64,000 nt of DNA, taken from positions 1,312,001 through 1,376,000 of the forward strand of contig CAWDRG010000009.1 of NCBI GenBank assembly GCA_963804645.1, given 5' to 3'. This document shows positions 19,145 to 28,343 of the stretch, one piece after another. The first letter of the stretch is position 1. Each line of letters opens with the position of its first letter. The notes below the pieces were generated by a model. The model was not told where the DNA came from, did no database searches, and saw only the letters and a program-made list of their open reading frames with translations. The translations under genes were made by a program, and so were the position numbers. The stretch is from an uncultured Bacillota bacterium (GTDB lineage: Bacteria > Sysuimicrobiota > Sysuimicrobiia > Sysuimicrobiales > Segetimicrobiaceae).

Positions 19145-20815
19145 TTAGGCCTCCGCCAAGGCGCGATGGACGAGGTGGATCGCGATGGCTCCTTCGCCCA
19201 CCGCCGAGGCCACGCGCTTCACGCTTCCCGAGCGGATATCGCCCACCGCGAATACCCTCGGACGGCTCGTTTCCAGCATGTGTGCGGCGCGGGGCGGCGC
19301 CGACGCGGGGGTGGCGGTCGGGGTCTCCACGTCGCGTCCCGTGAGAATAAATCCCTTGTCGTCAAGGGCGACGCAGCCCTGCAGCCAGTCCGTGCGCGGC
19401 GATGCGCCCGCCATAATGAACACGTGGCGAATGGCGTGCTCGGACGTCTCGCCGGTTGATGTGTCCAGCCAGGTGACACGCTCCAGGTGCGTGCCGCCCG
19501 CGAGGCCGACCATCTCGGTGTGGTAGTGCAGGTCGATGGCGGGGTTCTTCTCGATGCGCTGCACCAAGTAGCGCGACATCGTGTCCGCCAGTCGGCCCGA
19601 GCGCACGAGGATATGGACCCGGCGCGCCGTCTGCGAGAGGAACACCGCCGCCTGCCCGGCGGAGTTTCCCCCGCCGACCACGATGACCTCTTCCTGTTCG
19701 CACAGCTGCGACTCCATGTGCGTCGCCGCATAGTAGATGCCCTGGCCCTCGAACTGCTCCAGCCCGGCGAGGGCCGGCTTGTTGTACTGCGCCCCGGTCG
19801 CGATGATGACGGCACGCGCCGACAGGCTGGTGTCGTTGTCCAGGACGACCGCGTACGGGTGCCGTCCGCAGTCCAGCAGTTTGGCAGCGTGGGCGACGAC
19901 GAAACTGGCTCCAAACTTCTCGGCCTGTGCGATCGCGAGGTCGGCGAGTTCCTGTCCGGAGACGCCGGTGGGAAAGCCCAGGTAGTTCTCGATCTTCGAA
20001 CTGGATCCCGCTTGCCCCCCGGGCGCAGCCGCTTCAATCACCAGCACGTTGAGGCCTTCCGACGCCGCGTACACGGCCGCGGCCAGGCCCGCGGGTCCGG
20101 CCCCCACGATGATGAGATCGCGGACCTCCGCGTCATTCATCGTGCGGTTGAGGCCCAGGCAGTCGGCCAGTTCCTGGATCGACGGATTCCGCAGCACGGA
20201 GCGCGCGTTGCAGATGAGCACGGGAATTTCGTCCGGGGTGACCTGGAAGCGATCGAGGAATGCCTGTGCGCTCGCATCCGCATCGAGATCGACGTAGGTG
20301 TAGGGATGATCATTGCGCGTCAGAAATTCGCGCAGACGCAGCGTGTTGGCCGAGTGGCGCGACCCCAGCACGATGACGTTGCCCTGCCCGCGGCTGATGA
20401 GCTGCTGGCGGCGCAGGATGAAGGCGCGCATCAAGATCTCGCTCAACTGGGCGTCCGTGGCGACGAGCGACCGCACATCGTCGCCGCACACTTCAAGCAC
20501 CTCGCCCGGCTCGGCGACGCGCGCACGCGCGAGCGCCGCGTGTCCAGAGATCAGCGTCATCTCGCCCGTGAACTGGCCCGGGCCGTAGGTCGTGATCGTG
20601 CGCTCGCCGGTCAGATCCGGCTGCACGATTTCCACGTGCCCGGACAGCACGACGAAGCACGGGACATTCGTGTCTCCGACGTCGAACAGGATCTCGTCCT
20701 TCGCGACGCGCCGCACTGTGCCGAGGGGGCGCACGCGATTGACCTGCGCGTCGGTCAGGACCGGGTACGCTTGCGCCTGCGCGTCGGGCGCGCCGGGCAG
20801 CGGCAGAGACGACAT
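19145..20815 (-). CDS. cNMP-binding domain / thioredoxin reductase-like FAD oxidoreductase
   Basis: N-terminal cNMP domain (GQFTGE), GAGPAG, GGQAGSSSKIENYLGFP, GGGNSA and FAVGD motifs; GGAGGAG SD. Confidence 0.9.
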   Translation of the reverse strand: MSSLPLPGAPDAQAQAYPVLTDAQVNRVRPLGTVRRVAKDEILFDVGDTNVPCFVVLSGHVEIVQPDLTGERTITTYGPGQFTGEMTLISGHAALARARVAEPGEVLEVCGDDVRSLVATDAQLSEILMRAFILRRQQLISRGQGNVIVLGSRHSANTLRLREFLTRNDHPYTYVDLDADASAQAFLDRFQVTPDEIPVLICNARSVLRNPSIQELADCLGLNRTMNDAEVRDLIIVGAGPAGLAAAVYAASEGLNVLVIEAAAPGGQAGSSSKIENYLGFPTGVSGQELADLAIAQAEKFGASFVVAHAAKLLDCGRHPYAVVLDNDTSLSARAVIIATGAQYNKPALAGLEQFEGQGIYYAATHMESQLCEQEEVIVVGGGNSAGQAAVFLSQTARRVHILVRSGRLADTMSRYLVQRIEKNPAIDLHYHTEMVGLAGGTHLERVTWLDTSTGETSEHAIRHVFIMAGASPRTDWLQGCVALDDKGFILTGRDVETPTATPASAPPRAAHMLETSRPRVFAVGDIRSGSVKRVASAVGEGAIAIHLVHRALAEA

Positions 20816-21249
20816 GGTCTCCTCCTCTCACGTGGTCGCTGTCCCGATCACCGTATCACGGCTGTGCGTGGTATCGACCATCTCATCGCGCCGTCCGGGG
20901 AGGACCCCCGCGGCCGGCGCGTTCCCCACCACTCTACTCCTGCGCGCGGATTCCGTGGGACGGCCGCGGTGCCCGCCGGTTCCGCGGTTCGCCGCACCGC
21001 AGGGGACGTCGAGATCGGGCGCGATCGCCAGCGACTCGCGGGCGCGTTGCGTGACGGGAGGGTCCGAGTCGTCACGCCGCATGCGCGGGACCGCGTCGCC
21101 GGAGGGTGCCCCGCGCAGGAGGGAGCGCTTTCGGGATCGCCGAACCTGAGCCCGTAGCACCCTGCTGGCCCGAGGCCCCTGCGTCCATCACGCCGCACCC
21201 ACGGCGGCGCGGAGCGTCTCTGGGGCGGCGCTGAGCGTATACGGGAGGG

Positions 21250-23304
21250 ATGATTGTGGCGCACAAAGAGACGGACACCGTCCGCCGGCCGATCACGAGC
21301 GAGGATCTGCTTGCGTTGCCGGTTGCCGGCGACCCGCAGATGTCGCCCGATGGGTCGCAGGTCGCCTACACGCTGACCGTCGTGGACCGAGAGGCGAACG
21401 CGTACCGGACACACCTGTGGCTCGTGCCCACGGGGGGCGGGGAGCCGCGGCAGCTGACCACGGCCAAGGCGAGGGAGACGGGCCCGCGGTGGTCCCCGGA
21501 CGGGGCGCACATCGCGTTCGTATCCGATCGCGGCGGCGACAAGCAGGTCTGGGTGATCCCGGTCGGGGGCGGCGAGGCGCGCGTGCTGACGACGGGGAAG
21601 CTCTCGCCGTCCGATCTCGCGTGGGCCCCCGACGGCCGCGCGCTGGCGTTTGTCGGCAAGCCGCCGCTTCCGGCCGACCAGCGCGAGGACAGCGACGTGC
21701 GCGTGATCTCACGCGTGCGCTACAAGGCGGATGGTGAGGGCTTCTGGGACGGACGCTGGAAACAGATCTTCGTCGTGTCCCTCTCTGGCGGCGAGGCCCG
21801 CGCGGTGACGCAGGGCGACTGCGACCATCTGGCGCCGGTCTGGTCGCCCGACGGCCGGTCGCTCGCGTACACGGCGAACCCCGATCCGAATGCGGACCTG
21901 ACGAATGTGACGGACCTCTGGGTCGTCCAGGCCGACGGGAAGGGGACCGCGCGCCGGCTGACGGACGGACGGGGGCCGGTGCAGTCGCCGGTCTGGTCCC
22001 CCGACGGCGATCGGATCGCGTACATTGGACACGACAACGCGTGTTGGGGCGCCTCCAACTGGCGGGTATGGATCGCGCCGGCGGCGGGCGGCGACGTCCG
22101 GTGCCTCACGGCCGACACCGACCGCAGCGTCGGACACCATATCGCCACCGACCTGCGCGCGCATCCCTCGTCCGGCGGGATCACGTGGGCGCCCGACGGG
22201 CGCCGGCTGTTCTTCATGCTCGGCGACGGCGGCAGCACCCAGATCGTGTCGGTGCCCTCCGACGGCGGGTCTGTGCAGCGGGAAACACAGGGCGAGCACG
22301 AGCTGATCGGCTGTTCGTTCGACCGCCGCGCGGCGCGCCTCGCGTGCGTGGAGAGCGACGCGCTGACCCCCGGCGAGGTCGTGGTTGGCGAGATCGGCAG
22401 CGGACAGCCGCTGCGCCGGCTGACGGACCACGCGGGCCCGCTGCTCCGGACGCTCGCGCTCGCGGTCCCGGAGCGCTTCGAGTTCGCGAGCGTGGACGGC
22501 TGGACGGTCGAGGGCTGGGTGCTGCGGCCGCAGGCGGCCAAGACGGGACGGGTCCCTGCGGTGCTCGAGATCCACGGCGGGCCGCACGCGGCCTACGGCA
22601 ACGCGTTCTTCCACGAAATGCAGCTGCTCGCCGCCCAAGGGTACGGCGTCGTGTACCTCAATCCGCGCGGGAGCCAGGGCTACGGCGAGACCTTCACCGC
22701 GGCGACGCGGCACGATTGGGGGGGCAAGGACTACGAGGACTTGATGCGCGGGCTCGATCACGCGCTCGCCGCGCATCCGTGGATCGATCCCGCGCGGCTC
22801 GGCGTCGCCGGCGGCAGCTACGGCGGGTTCATGACCAACTGGGTGATCGGGCACACCGACCGGTTTCGCGCCGCCGTCACCATGCGCAGCATCAGCAACT
22901 CCGCGAGCCAATGGGGGACCTCGGATCTTGCGTACATGAAGGGCTTCTGGGAGTACCCGGGCGAGCCGTGGGAGGCGCCCGAGTTCTACCGGGAGCGGTC
23001 CCCGATCACCTACGCGCCCCGGATGAAGACGCCGACGCTCATCCTGCACAGCGAGAACGACTACCGGTGCCCGATGGAGCAGGGCGAGCAGCTCTTCATG
23101 GCGCTGAAGAAGCAGGGCGTGCCGACGCTCTTCGTGCGGTTCCCGAACGAGAGCCACGACCTGTCGCGGAACGGTCAGCCGAAGCATCGGATGGAGCGGC
23201 TGCGCCATATCCTGGCGTGGTTCCGGACCTACCTCGCCGGGGACGGGGCGGCGGGCGCCGCGAAGGCCCGGGGTCGGGTCGAAAGCGTCGCGGCGGATGC
23301 GTAG
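21250..23304 (+). CDS. S9 family (acylaminoacyl) peptidase
   Basis: WSPDG propeller repeats, IHGGP, GGSYGG nucleophile, Asp (END) and His (ESH). Confidence 0.93.
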   Translation: MIVAHKETDTVRRPITSEDLLALPVAGDPQMSPDGSQVAYTLTVVDREANAYRTHLWLVPTGGGEPRQLTTAKARETGPRWSPDGAHIAFVSDRGGDKQVWVIPVGGGEARVLTTGKLSPSDLAWAPDGRALAFVGKPPLPADQREDSDVRVISRVRYKADGEGFWDGRWKQIFVVSLSGGEARAVTQGDCDHLAPVWSPDGRSLAYTANPDPNADLTNVTDLWVVQADGKGTARRLTDGRGPVQSPVWSPDGDRIAYIGHDNACWGASNWRVWIAPAAGGDVRCLTADTDRSVGHHIATDLRAHPSSGGITWAPDGRRLFFMLGDGGSTQIVSVPSDGGSVQRETQGEHELIGCSFDRRAARLACVESDALTPGEVVVGEIGSGQPLRRLTDHAGPLLRTLALAVPERFEFASVDGWTVEGWVLRPQAAKTGRVPAVLEIHGGPHAAYGNAFFHEMQLLAAQGYGVVYLNPRGSQGYGETFTAATRHDWGGKDYEDLMRGLDHALAAHPWIDPARLGVAGGSYGGFMTNWVIGHTDRFRAAVTMRSISNSASQWGTSDLAYMKGFWEYPGEPWEAPEFYRERSPITYAPRMKTPTLILHSENDYRCPMEQGEQLFMALKKQGVPTLFVRFPNESHDLSRNGQPKHRMERLRHILAWFRTYLAGDGAAGAAKARGRVESVAADA

Positions 23305-23316
23305 CCGTTCCCGTCC

Positions 23317-23877
23317 ATGACCCGCATCTACACCCGGACGGGCGACGCGGGAGACACCGGCCTCTTCGGAGGCCAGCGCGTGCCGAAAGACGACCTGCGC
23401 GTTCGAGCGTACGGCACCGTCGACGAGACGAACGCGGTGCTGGGGGTGGCGCGAGCCGCGGGCCCCGGCCCGGAGATCGACGCCGTGCTCGAGCGGCTGC
23501 AGCACCATCTGTTCGACCTCGGCGCCGAGCTCGCGACGCCTCCCGACGCGTCCGCAGGCGCCTCGGCCCACGCTCCGCGCGTGGTTGCGGCCTGGGTCGA
23601 GGCGCTCGAACGCGACATCGATCGGTTCGAGGACGCCCTGCCCCCGCTGCGGACGTTCATTCTGCCGGGCGGGACCGCGGCGGCCGCCGCCCTGCACCTG
23701 GCCCGGACGGTGTCACGGCGCGCCGAGCGAGAGATCGTGACGCTCGGCGCGCGCGAGCCGCTGAATCCGGAGCTCCTCCGCTTCGTCAACCGCCTCTCGG
23801 ATCTGCTGTTTGTGCTCGCACGCGCGGCCAATCAGGCGGCGGGGCGAGCGGACATCGTCTGGACGCGGACGGGCTAG
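23317..23877 (+). CDS. pduO: cob(I)alamin adenosyltransferase, PduO type
   Basis: IYTRTGD.G.T, YGTVDE, FILPGG, RRAER and NRLSDLLF motifs. Confidence 0.93.
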   Translation: MTRIYTRTGDAGDTGLFGGQRVPKDDLRVRAYGTVDETNAVLGVARAAGPGPEIDAVLERLQHHLFDLGAELATPPDASAGASAHAPRVVAAWVEALERDIDRFEDALPPLRTFILPGGTAAAAALHLARTVSRRAEREIVTLGAREPLNPELLRFVNRLSDLLFVLARAANQAAGRADIVWTRTG

Positions 23878-23941
23878 GCGCGTCCGGCCCCCCGAGATAG
23901 GCGCGGACGATGAACTCGCGCTCGACGAGGAGGACGCGGCG

Positions 23942-25951
23942 ATGACCGGCCCGGCGCTGACGCTCGACCAGGTCCTCGGCATCACATTCACCGCGGGCCA
24001 CGCGTGGTCGCCCGACGGCCGGTCGATCGGATTCATCCACGACGACGGCGGCCGGTATACGCTGCGCGCCGTGGATGCGGCCGGCGCGCGCGTGACCGAG
24101 ATCTCGGAAGGTGACGCGCCGGTCACGGCGTTCGCGTGGGCGCCGGACGGCCGCCTCGGCTATATCCAGGGAGGCCGCCTCCTCGCGGCGACACCCCGGC
24201 GCGGGGCCGGCGGCGCGGACGGGTGGTCGCGCGTCGAGCTGTACGCGGGCCCCGGCGACGTGACGGCGCTGTGCTGGGCGCCCGAGGGGGTTCGCTGCGC
24301 GTTCGTCGCGTCGGGGCAGGCCTGGATCCTGGATCTCGCGGGGCCGTCGCTGCGCGCGCTTGGGTTTCCCTGGACCGTGCGGCCCCTCTACCACGAGTCC
24401 GCGCTCGCGTGGTCTCCGGACGGGGCGATGCTGGCGGTCGCGGTCGTCGACGGCGGCCAGTGGGATCTGGCGGTTGCGTCGGCCTCGGGCCGCGTGCTCT
24501 GGCGCTCCGACACCGAGGAACTCGAGGGCCCCTTCGTGTGGCTCCGGCCCGGACGCCTCCTGTTCGCGCGGTCGTCGGTGCCGTATACGGTCCGGGAGTG
24601 GTACGTCCTGGACGTCCACGAGGCGTCTTCGCGTCCGGTGCCGCGTCTCGTGCACCGGGCGGAGGAGCCCGAGGGCCTCGGCGGCGACTTCGTGCCACAG
24701 CCGCATCCCGACGGGCGGCACGCGGTCCTCGTGCTGCGCCATGAGGGATGGTGGCACCTGTACCTGCTCGACACGGACACGGGCGCCCTCAGGACGCTGA
24801 CGGGGGGCGAGGCGGAGGACGTCGGCCACTCGGTCGACGCGCCGAGGATCAGCCCCGACGGGCGCGAGGTCGTCTTTTCCACGAACCGAGTCAATGTCGG
24901 GCAGCGTCATCTGTTCAGCGTCGACCTCGACAGCGGTGCGCTGCGTCAGGTGACGCGGCCCGCCGGGACGAGCGTGGAGCCGGAGTGGTCCCCCTCGGGC
25001 GCTCAGATCGCGTTCAAGCACAGCACGGTGCGTCACGCGCCGGAGATTTGGGTCGTCGATCGCGGCGGGGGCGGGATGCGCCGTCTGGTCGGCGCGATGC
25101 CCCCGGGCGTCGAGCCGGCCCGGTTCCCGCTGCCGAAGCCCGCCACGACCCGGGGGGCGCTTGACTGGGAGATCCCCGGGTATCTTCTGACCCCGGAACC
25201 CCTCGAGCCGGGTCGCCGGTACCCGGCGCTCGTGTACGTCCACGGCGGCGGCCACCGGCAGATGCGCGACGGCTTTCCGCCGCTTGAGGCGTACGCGTTC
25301 TTTTATGCGGTGTCCCTGTGGCTCGCCGGGCTCGGCGTCGTCACGTACATGGTGAACTACCGCGGCGGGATCGGGTACGGCCGGACGTTCGAGCAGGGCA
25401 ACTCGAAGGGGCTCGGAGTGCTCGAATGCGAGGACTGCGTCGGCGCCGGCGAGTACGTCAAGACCCTGCCGTGTGTCGATCCCGACCGCGTCGGCGTCTG
25501 GGGGCTCAGCTACGGAGGCTGGCTGACGCTCGCGTCGCTCTGCCGGTCGCCCGAGACGTTCGCGCTCGGGATCAATCTCGCCGGGATCTGGGACTTCGAC
25601 CGCTGGATGGTGTGGGCCAAGGAGTCCTACCGCCCGCCGTACGATTACTTTCTCGGCCGCGCCGGCGGCACGAGCGAGCAGGCCCCGGACGTGTGGCGGA
25701 GCGCCTCGCCGCGGTATCTCGTCGAGCGGATGCGGGTGCCGCTCATCAACTTCCACGGGACCCGTGACGCCGCGGTGCCGTTCGAGCAGCTCGATCTGAT
25801 CGTCGACGACTGCGTGCGGCACGGGAAGACGTTTGAGACGCACTACTACCCGGGGGAGACCCATCTGTTTACGCACCGGGCGACGTGGCGCGACGCGCTC
25901 CGAAAGGTCGAGGCCGCGCTGCGCGCGCACCTCGGCGTGACGGACCGCTGA
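23942..25951 (+). CDS. S9 family peptidase (second copy)
   Basis: GAGGAGG SD; WSP propeller repeats; VHGGG, WGLSYGG, GTRD and GETH motifs. Confidence 0.88.
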   Translation: MTGPALTLDQVLGITFTAGHAWSPDGRSIGFIHDDGGRYTLRAVDAAGARVTEISEGDAPVTAFAWAPDGRLGYIQGGRLLAATPRRGAGGADGWSRVELYAGPGDVTALCWAPEGVRCAFVASGQAWILDLAGPSLRALGFPWTVRPLYHESALAWSPDGAMLAVAVVDGGQWDLAVASASGRVLWRSDTEELEGPFVWLRPGRLLFARSSVPYTVREWYVLDVHEASSRPVPRLVHRAEEPEGLGGDFVPQPHPDGRHAVLVLRHEGWWHLYLLDTDTGALRTLTGGEAEDVGHSVDAPRISPDGREVVFSTNRVNVGQRHLFSVDLDSGALRQVTRPAGTSVEPEWSPSGAQIAFKHSTVRHAPEIWVVDRGGGGMRRLVGAMPPGVEPARFPLPKPATTRGALDWEIPGYLLTPEPLEPGRRYPALVYVHGGGHRQMRDGFPPLEAYAFFYAVSLWLAGLGVVTYMVNYRGGIGYGRTFEQGNSKGLGVLECEDCVGAGEYVKTLPCVDPDRVGVWGLSYGGWLTLASLCRSPETFALGINLAGIWDFDRWMVWAKESYRPPYDYFLGRAGGTSEQAPDVWRSASPRYLVERMRVPLINFHGTRDAAVPFEQLDLIVDDCVRHGKTFETHYYPGETHLFTHRATWRDALRKVEAALRAHLGVTDR

Positions 25952-26192
25952 CCCGGCGCGCCGGGATTCGTGGCGCCTCTCGCGTGCCGACGGCTGGCCG
26001 CACCCGGCCGGTGACGCGCTGCGCGTCGGCGGCGCCCTGACTCGCAGGGGATGCCCAACCGCTCAGGCTGATGAAGATCCACCGTCGCATCCACCCGTGG
26101 ATCGATGCCTCTGACTTCGGGGGTGTCGTACCATGGTGTTGGATGGCGAACAGTCACTGGAGGCACGGCATTTGCACCAGGGAGGTGGAGAC

Positions 26193-26483
26193 ATGCCGCA
26201 ACCAACGTGGAAGCCTCAGGAAGGCTCTGAAACGCCCGGCCGACTCTACGCCGCCGAGACCAATTCGCTCCCAGACACCGCTTTCGCGTTTCCGCGCGCG
26301 CGCAAAGAGCCGATGACCGATGCGGCGCACGTGCGCAACGCGATCGCGAGGTTTGATCAGGTGCAGGACGTCACCGACGCCGAACGCGATCTCGCGTTTG
26401 CCAACATTCGCGCCGCGGCGGCACATTTTGGCATCGAGATGAAGGAGACGAGCTGGCACCAGCTGGGTGCGCGCCGGGCGTAG
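26193..26483 (+). CDS. DUF6582-like small protein
   Basis: GGAGG SD; LPDTAFAFPRARKEPMTDAAHVRNAIARFDQV. Confidence 0.75.
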   Translation: MPQPTWKPQEGSETPGRLYAAETNSLPDTAFAFPRARKEPMTDAAHVRNAIARFDQVQDVTDAERDLAFANIRAAAAHFGIEMKETSWHQLGARRA

Positions 26484-26564
26484 CCGGCACGCCGAGCGCC
26501 GAGACCCCTGACACCCCGGGCCCCTGACGCCGTTCGCGTCGAGGTGCCGGCCGCCCGGCGTGGG

Positions 26565-27413
26565 TTACTCGTGCCCGGAATCGTGCGGCGGCGGGGTGGC
26601 CGGCGTCCGGTAGGGCAGCGGGATGTACTCGACGGACGGACGCCGCCGGCCGCTCTGCGGATAGAGCTGCATCAGATCGTAGATCGCTCGGGGCATCTCC
26701 GTGTTGACGTCGAACCCGAGCGTGCGCGCCTCCGCAACTCTGATCGGGTAGTCGTGCGTCCACGTGCCCCCCGTCAGCGCGGCGGCGAGCGATTCGGCTC
26801 CCTCTGGAGGCAGGCGGCGGCTCGCCAGCGTGACGACCGCGGCATGGACCTGCGCCAGCGCCTTCCTGGAGACGTCGGCGAGGATCAGCGTCTCGTCGCT
26901 GACCCGCTCGATGGGCTTCCGGTTGACCGCGGCGACGATCGAGACCGCCGGATACTGGCCCAGCTGCGGATCCACCGGGCCGAGCACGGCGTGCTCGTCC
27001 ATCACGATCTGGTCGGCGGCCAGCGCGATCAGGGTGCCCCCGGACATCGCGTAGTGCGGCACGAACACCGTGACGCGGCCCGGGTGGTCGCCGAGCGCCC
27101 ACGCGATCTGCTCGGCCGCCAGCACCAGGCCGCCCGGTGTGTGCAGGATGACGTCGATCGGCAGGTCGGGCGGCGTGAGCCGGATCGCCCGCAGCAGGTC
27201 CTCCGAGTCCTGGATGTCGATGTAGCGGACGACCGGAATCCCCAGGAAGTTGACGGTTTCTTCCCGATGGATGAGCGCGATCACGCGGCTCCCGCGCTGC
27301 CGTTCGAGATGCTGCAGGAGGCGGAGCCTGGACATCTGCTGAAACTGGCGCGCGAGAATCGGCTGGAGCACCGATAAGAGGAAGAGGATCCAGAGGACGT
27401 TGGACAGGTTCAT
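26565..27413 (-). CDS. SDH family ClpP-fold serine protease
   Basis: ILHTPGGLVLAAEQI, PHYAMSGGTLIALAAD and WTHDYP motifs; only the C-terminal part of the 1867-aa track ORF is real. Confidence 0.9.
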   Translation of the reverse strand: MNLSNVLWILFLLSVLQPILARQFQQMSRLRLLQHLERQRGSRVIALIHREETVNFLGIPVVRYIDIQDSEDLLRAIRLTPPDLPIDVILHTPGGLVLAAEQIAWALGDHPGRVTVFVPHYAMSGGTLIALAADQIVMDEHAVLGPVDPQLGQYPAVSIVAAVNRKPIERVSDETLILADVSRKALAQVHAAVVTLASRRLPPEGAESLAAALTGGTWTHDYPIRVAEARTLGFDVNTEMPRAIYDLMQLYPQSGRRRPSVEYIPLPYRTPATPPPHDSGHE

Positions 27414-27599
27414 GAGGCCCTCCCCGGCCGCCGCCGCCGTCCCGGCGCGCGGTGGCTCCTGTCTGTTTGGCGGGCGCGCGCCGCGATCCTGCGGCGGGCC
27501 GGGCCCGAGAGCGGCCGGCCAGCGGCCCCGGGGGAGGAAACGCCGGAGCCTGGCCCGAACCCCCACCCAGGTTCCCAAGGTCAAGTGTCTGGAGTTCCC

Positions 27600-28328
27600 A
27601 TGGCTGATCAGGCAGTATCGCATTCGCACGCCCCTGCGTATCCGTGGTGGCTGCAACCGTTCGCCACCGTCGTCATCCTCAGTGCGTTCGTCGTGTACTC
27701 GATCTGGGCGGCGCTGCAGGGCCGGGGCTACATCGCCCCGTACCTGTCGCCGTTCTACTCGCCGCCGGTGTCGTTTCGCGGGATCCCGATCTCGCCCGCG
27801 TTTTGGGTCGTGTGGGTGCCGGCGGGATTCCGGGCCACGTGCTATTACTACCGGAAGGCCTACTTCCGCTCGTTTTTCCGCGACCCGGTGTCGTGCATGA
27901 TTCCCGAGTCGCGCGCGCAGTACGCGGGCGAGACCAAGCTGCCGTTCATCCTGAACAACCTCCACCGGTACATGCTGTATCTCGCCGTCATCGTCCTGGC
28001 GTTCCTGTGGCGCGACACGTTCGACGCGTTCTTCTTCAACGGACAGTTTGGGGTGCACCTGGGGTCGCTGCTGTTCCTCGTGAACGTCCTGCTGCTGAGC
28101 GGGTACACCTTCGGGTGCCACGCGCTGCGGCATCTCGTCGGCGGCAACCTCGACTGCTTCTCGTGCGCGCGGGGCGGGCGCGTCCGGTACCGGTTTTGGC
28201 AGTGGGTGAATCCGCTCAACCACCGCCACGCGTTTTGGGCGTGGGCCAGCCTGTTCTCCGTGAGCTTCGTCGACATCTACATCCGGCTGCTGCTCGCCGG
28301 CGCGATCACGGACCCCAGGTTGTTCTGA
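27600..28328 (+). CDS. succinate dehydrogenase membrane anchor (mycobacterial Sdh1/Rv0249c-like)
   Basis: YLSPFYSP, FRATCYYYRKAY, NLHRY, GCHALRH and H..WAW motifs; directly upstream of sdhAB. Confidence 0.85.
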   Translation: MADQAVSHSHAPAYPWWLQPFATVVILSAFVVYSIWAALQGRGYIAPYLSPFYSPPVSFRGIPISPAFWVVWVPAGFRATCYYYRKAYFRSFFRDPVSCMIPESRAQYAGETKLPFILNNLHRYMLYLAVIVLAFLWRDTFDAFFFNGQFGVHLGSLLFLVNVLLLSGYTFGCHALRHLVGGNLDCFSCARGGRVRYRFWQWVNPLNHRHAFWAWASLFSVSFVDIYIRLLLAGAITDPRLF

Positions 28329-28343
28329 GGAGGGGGCGCCGCA

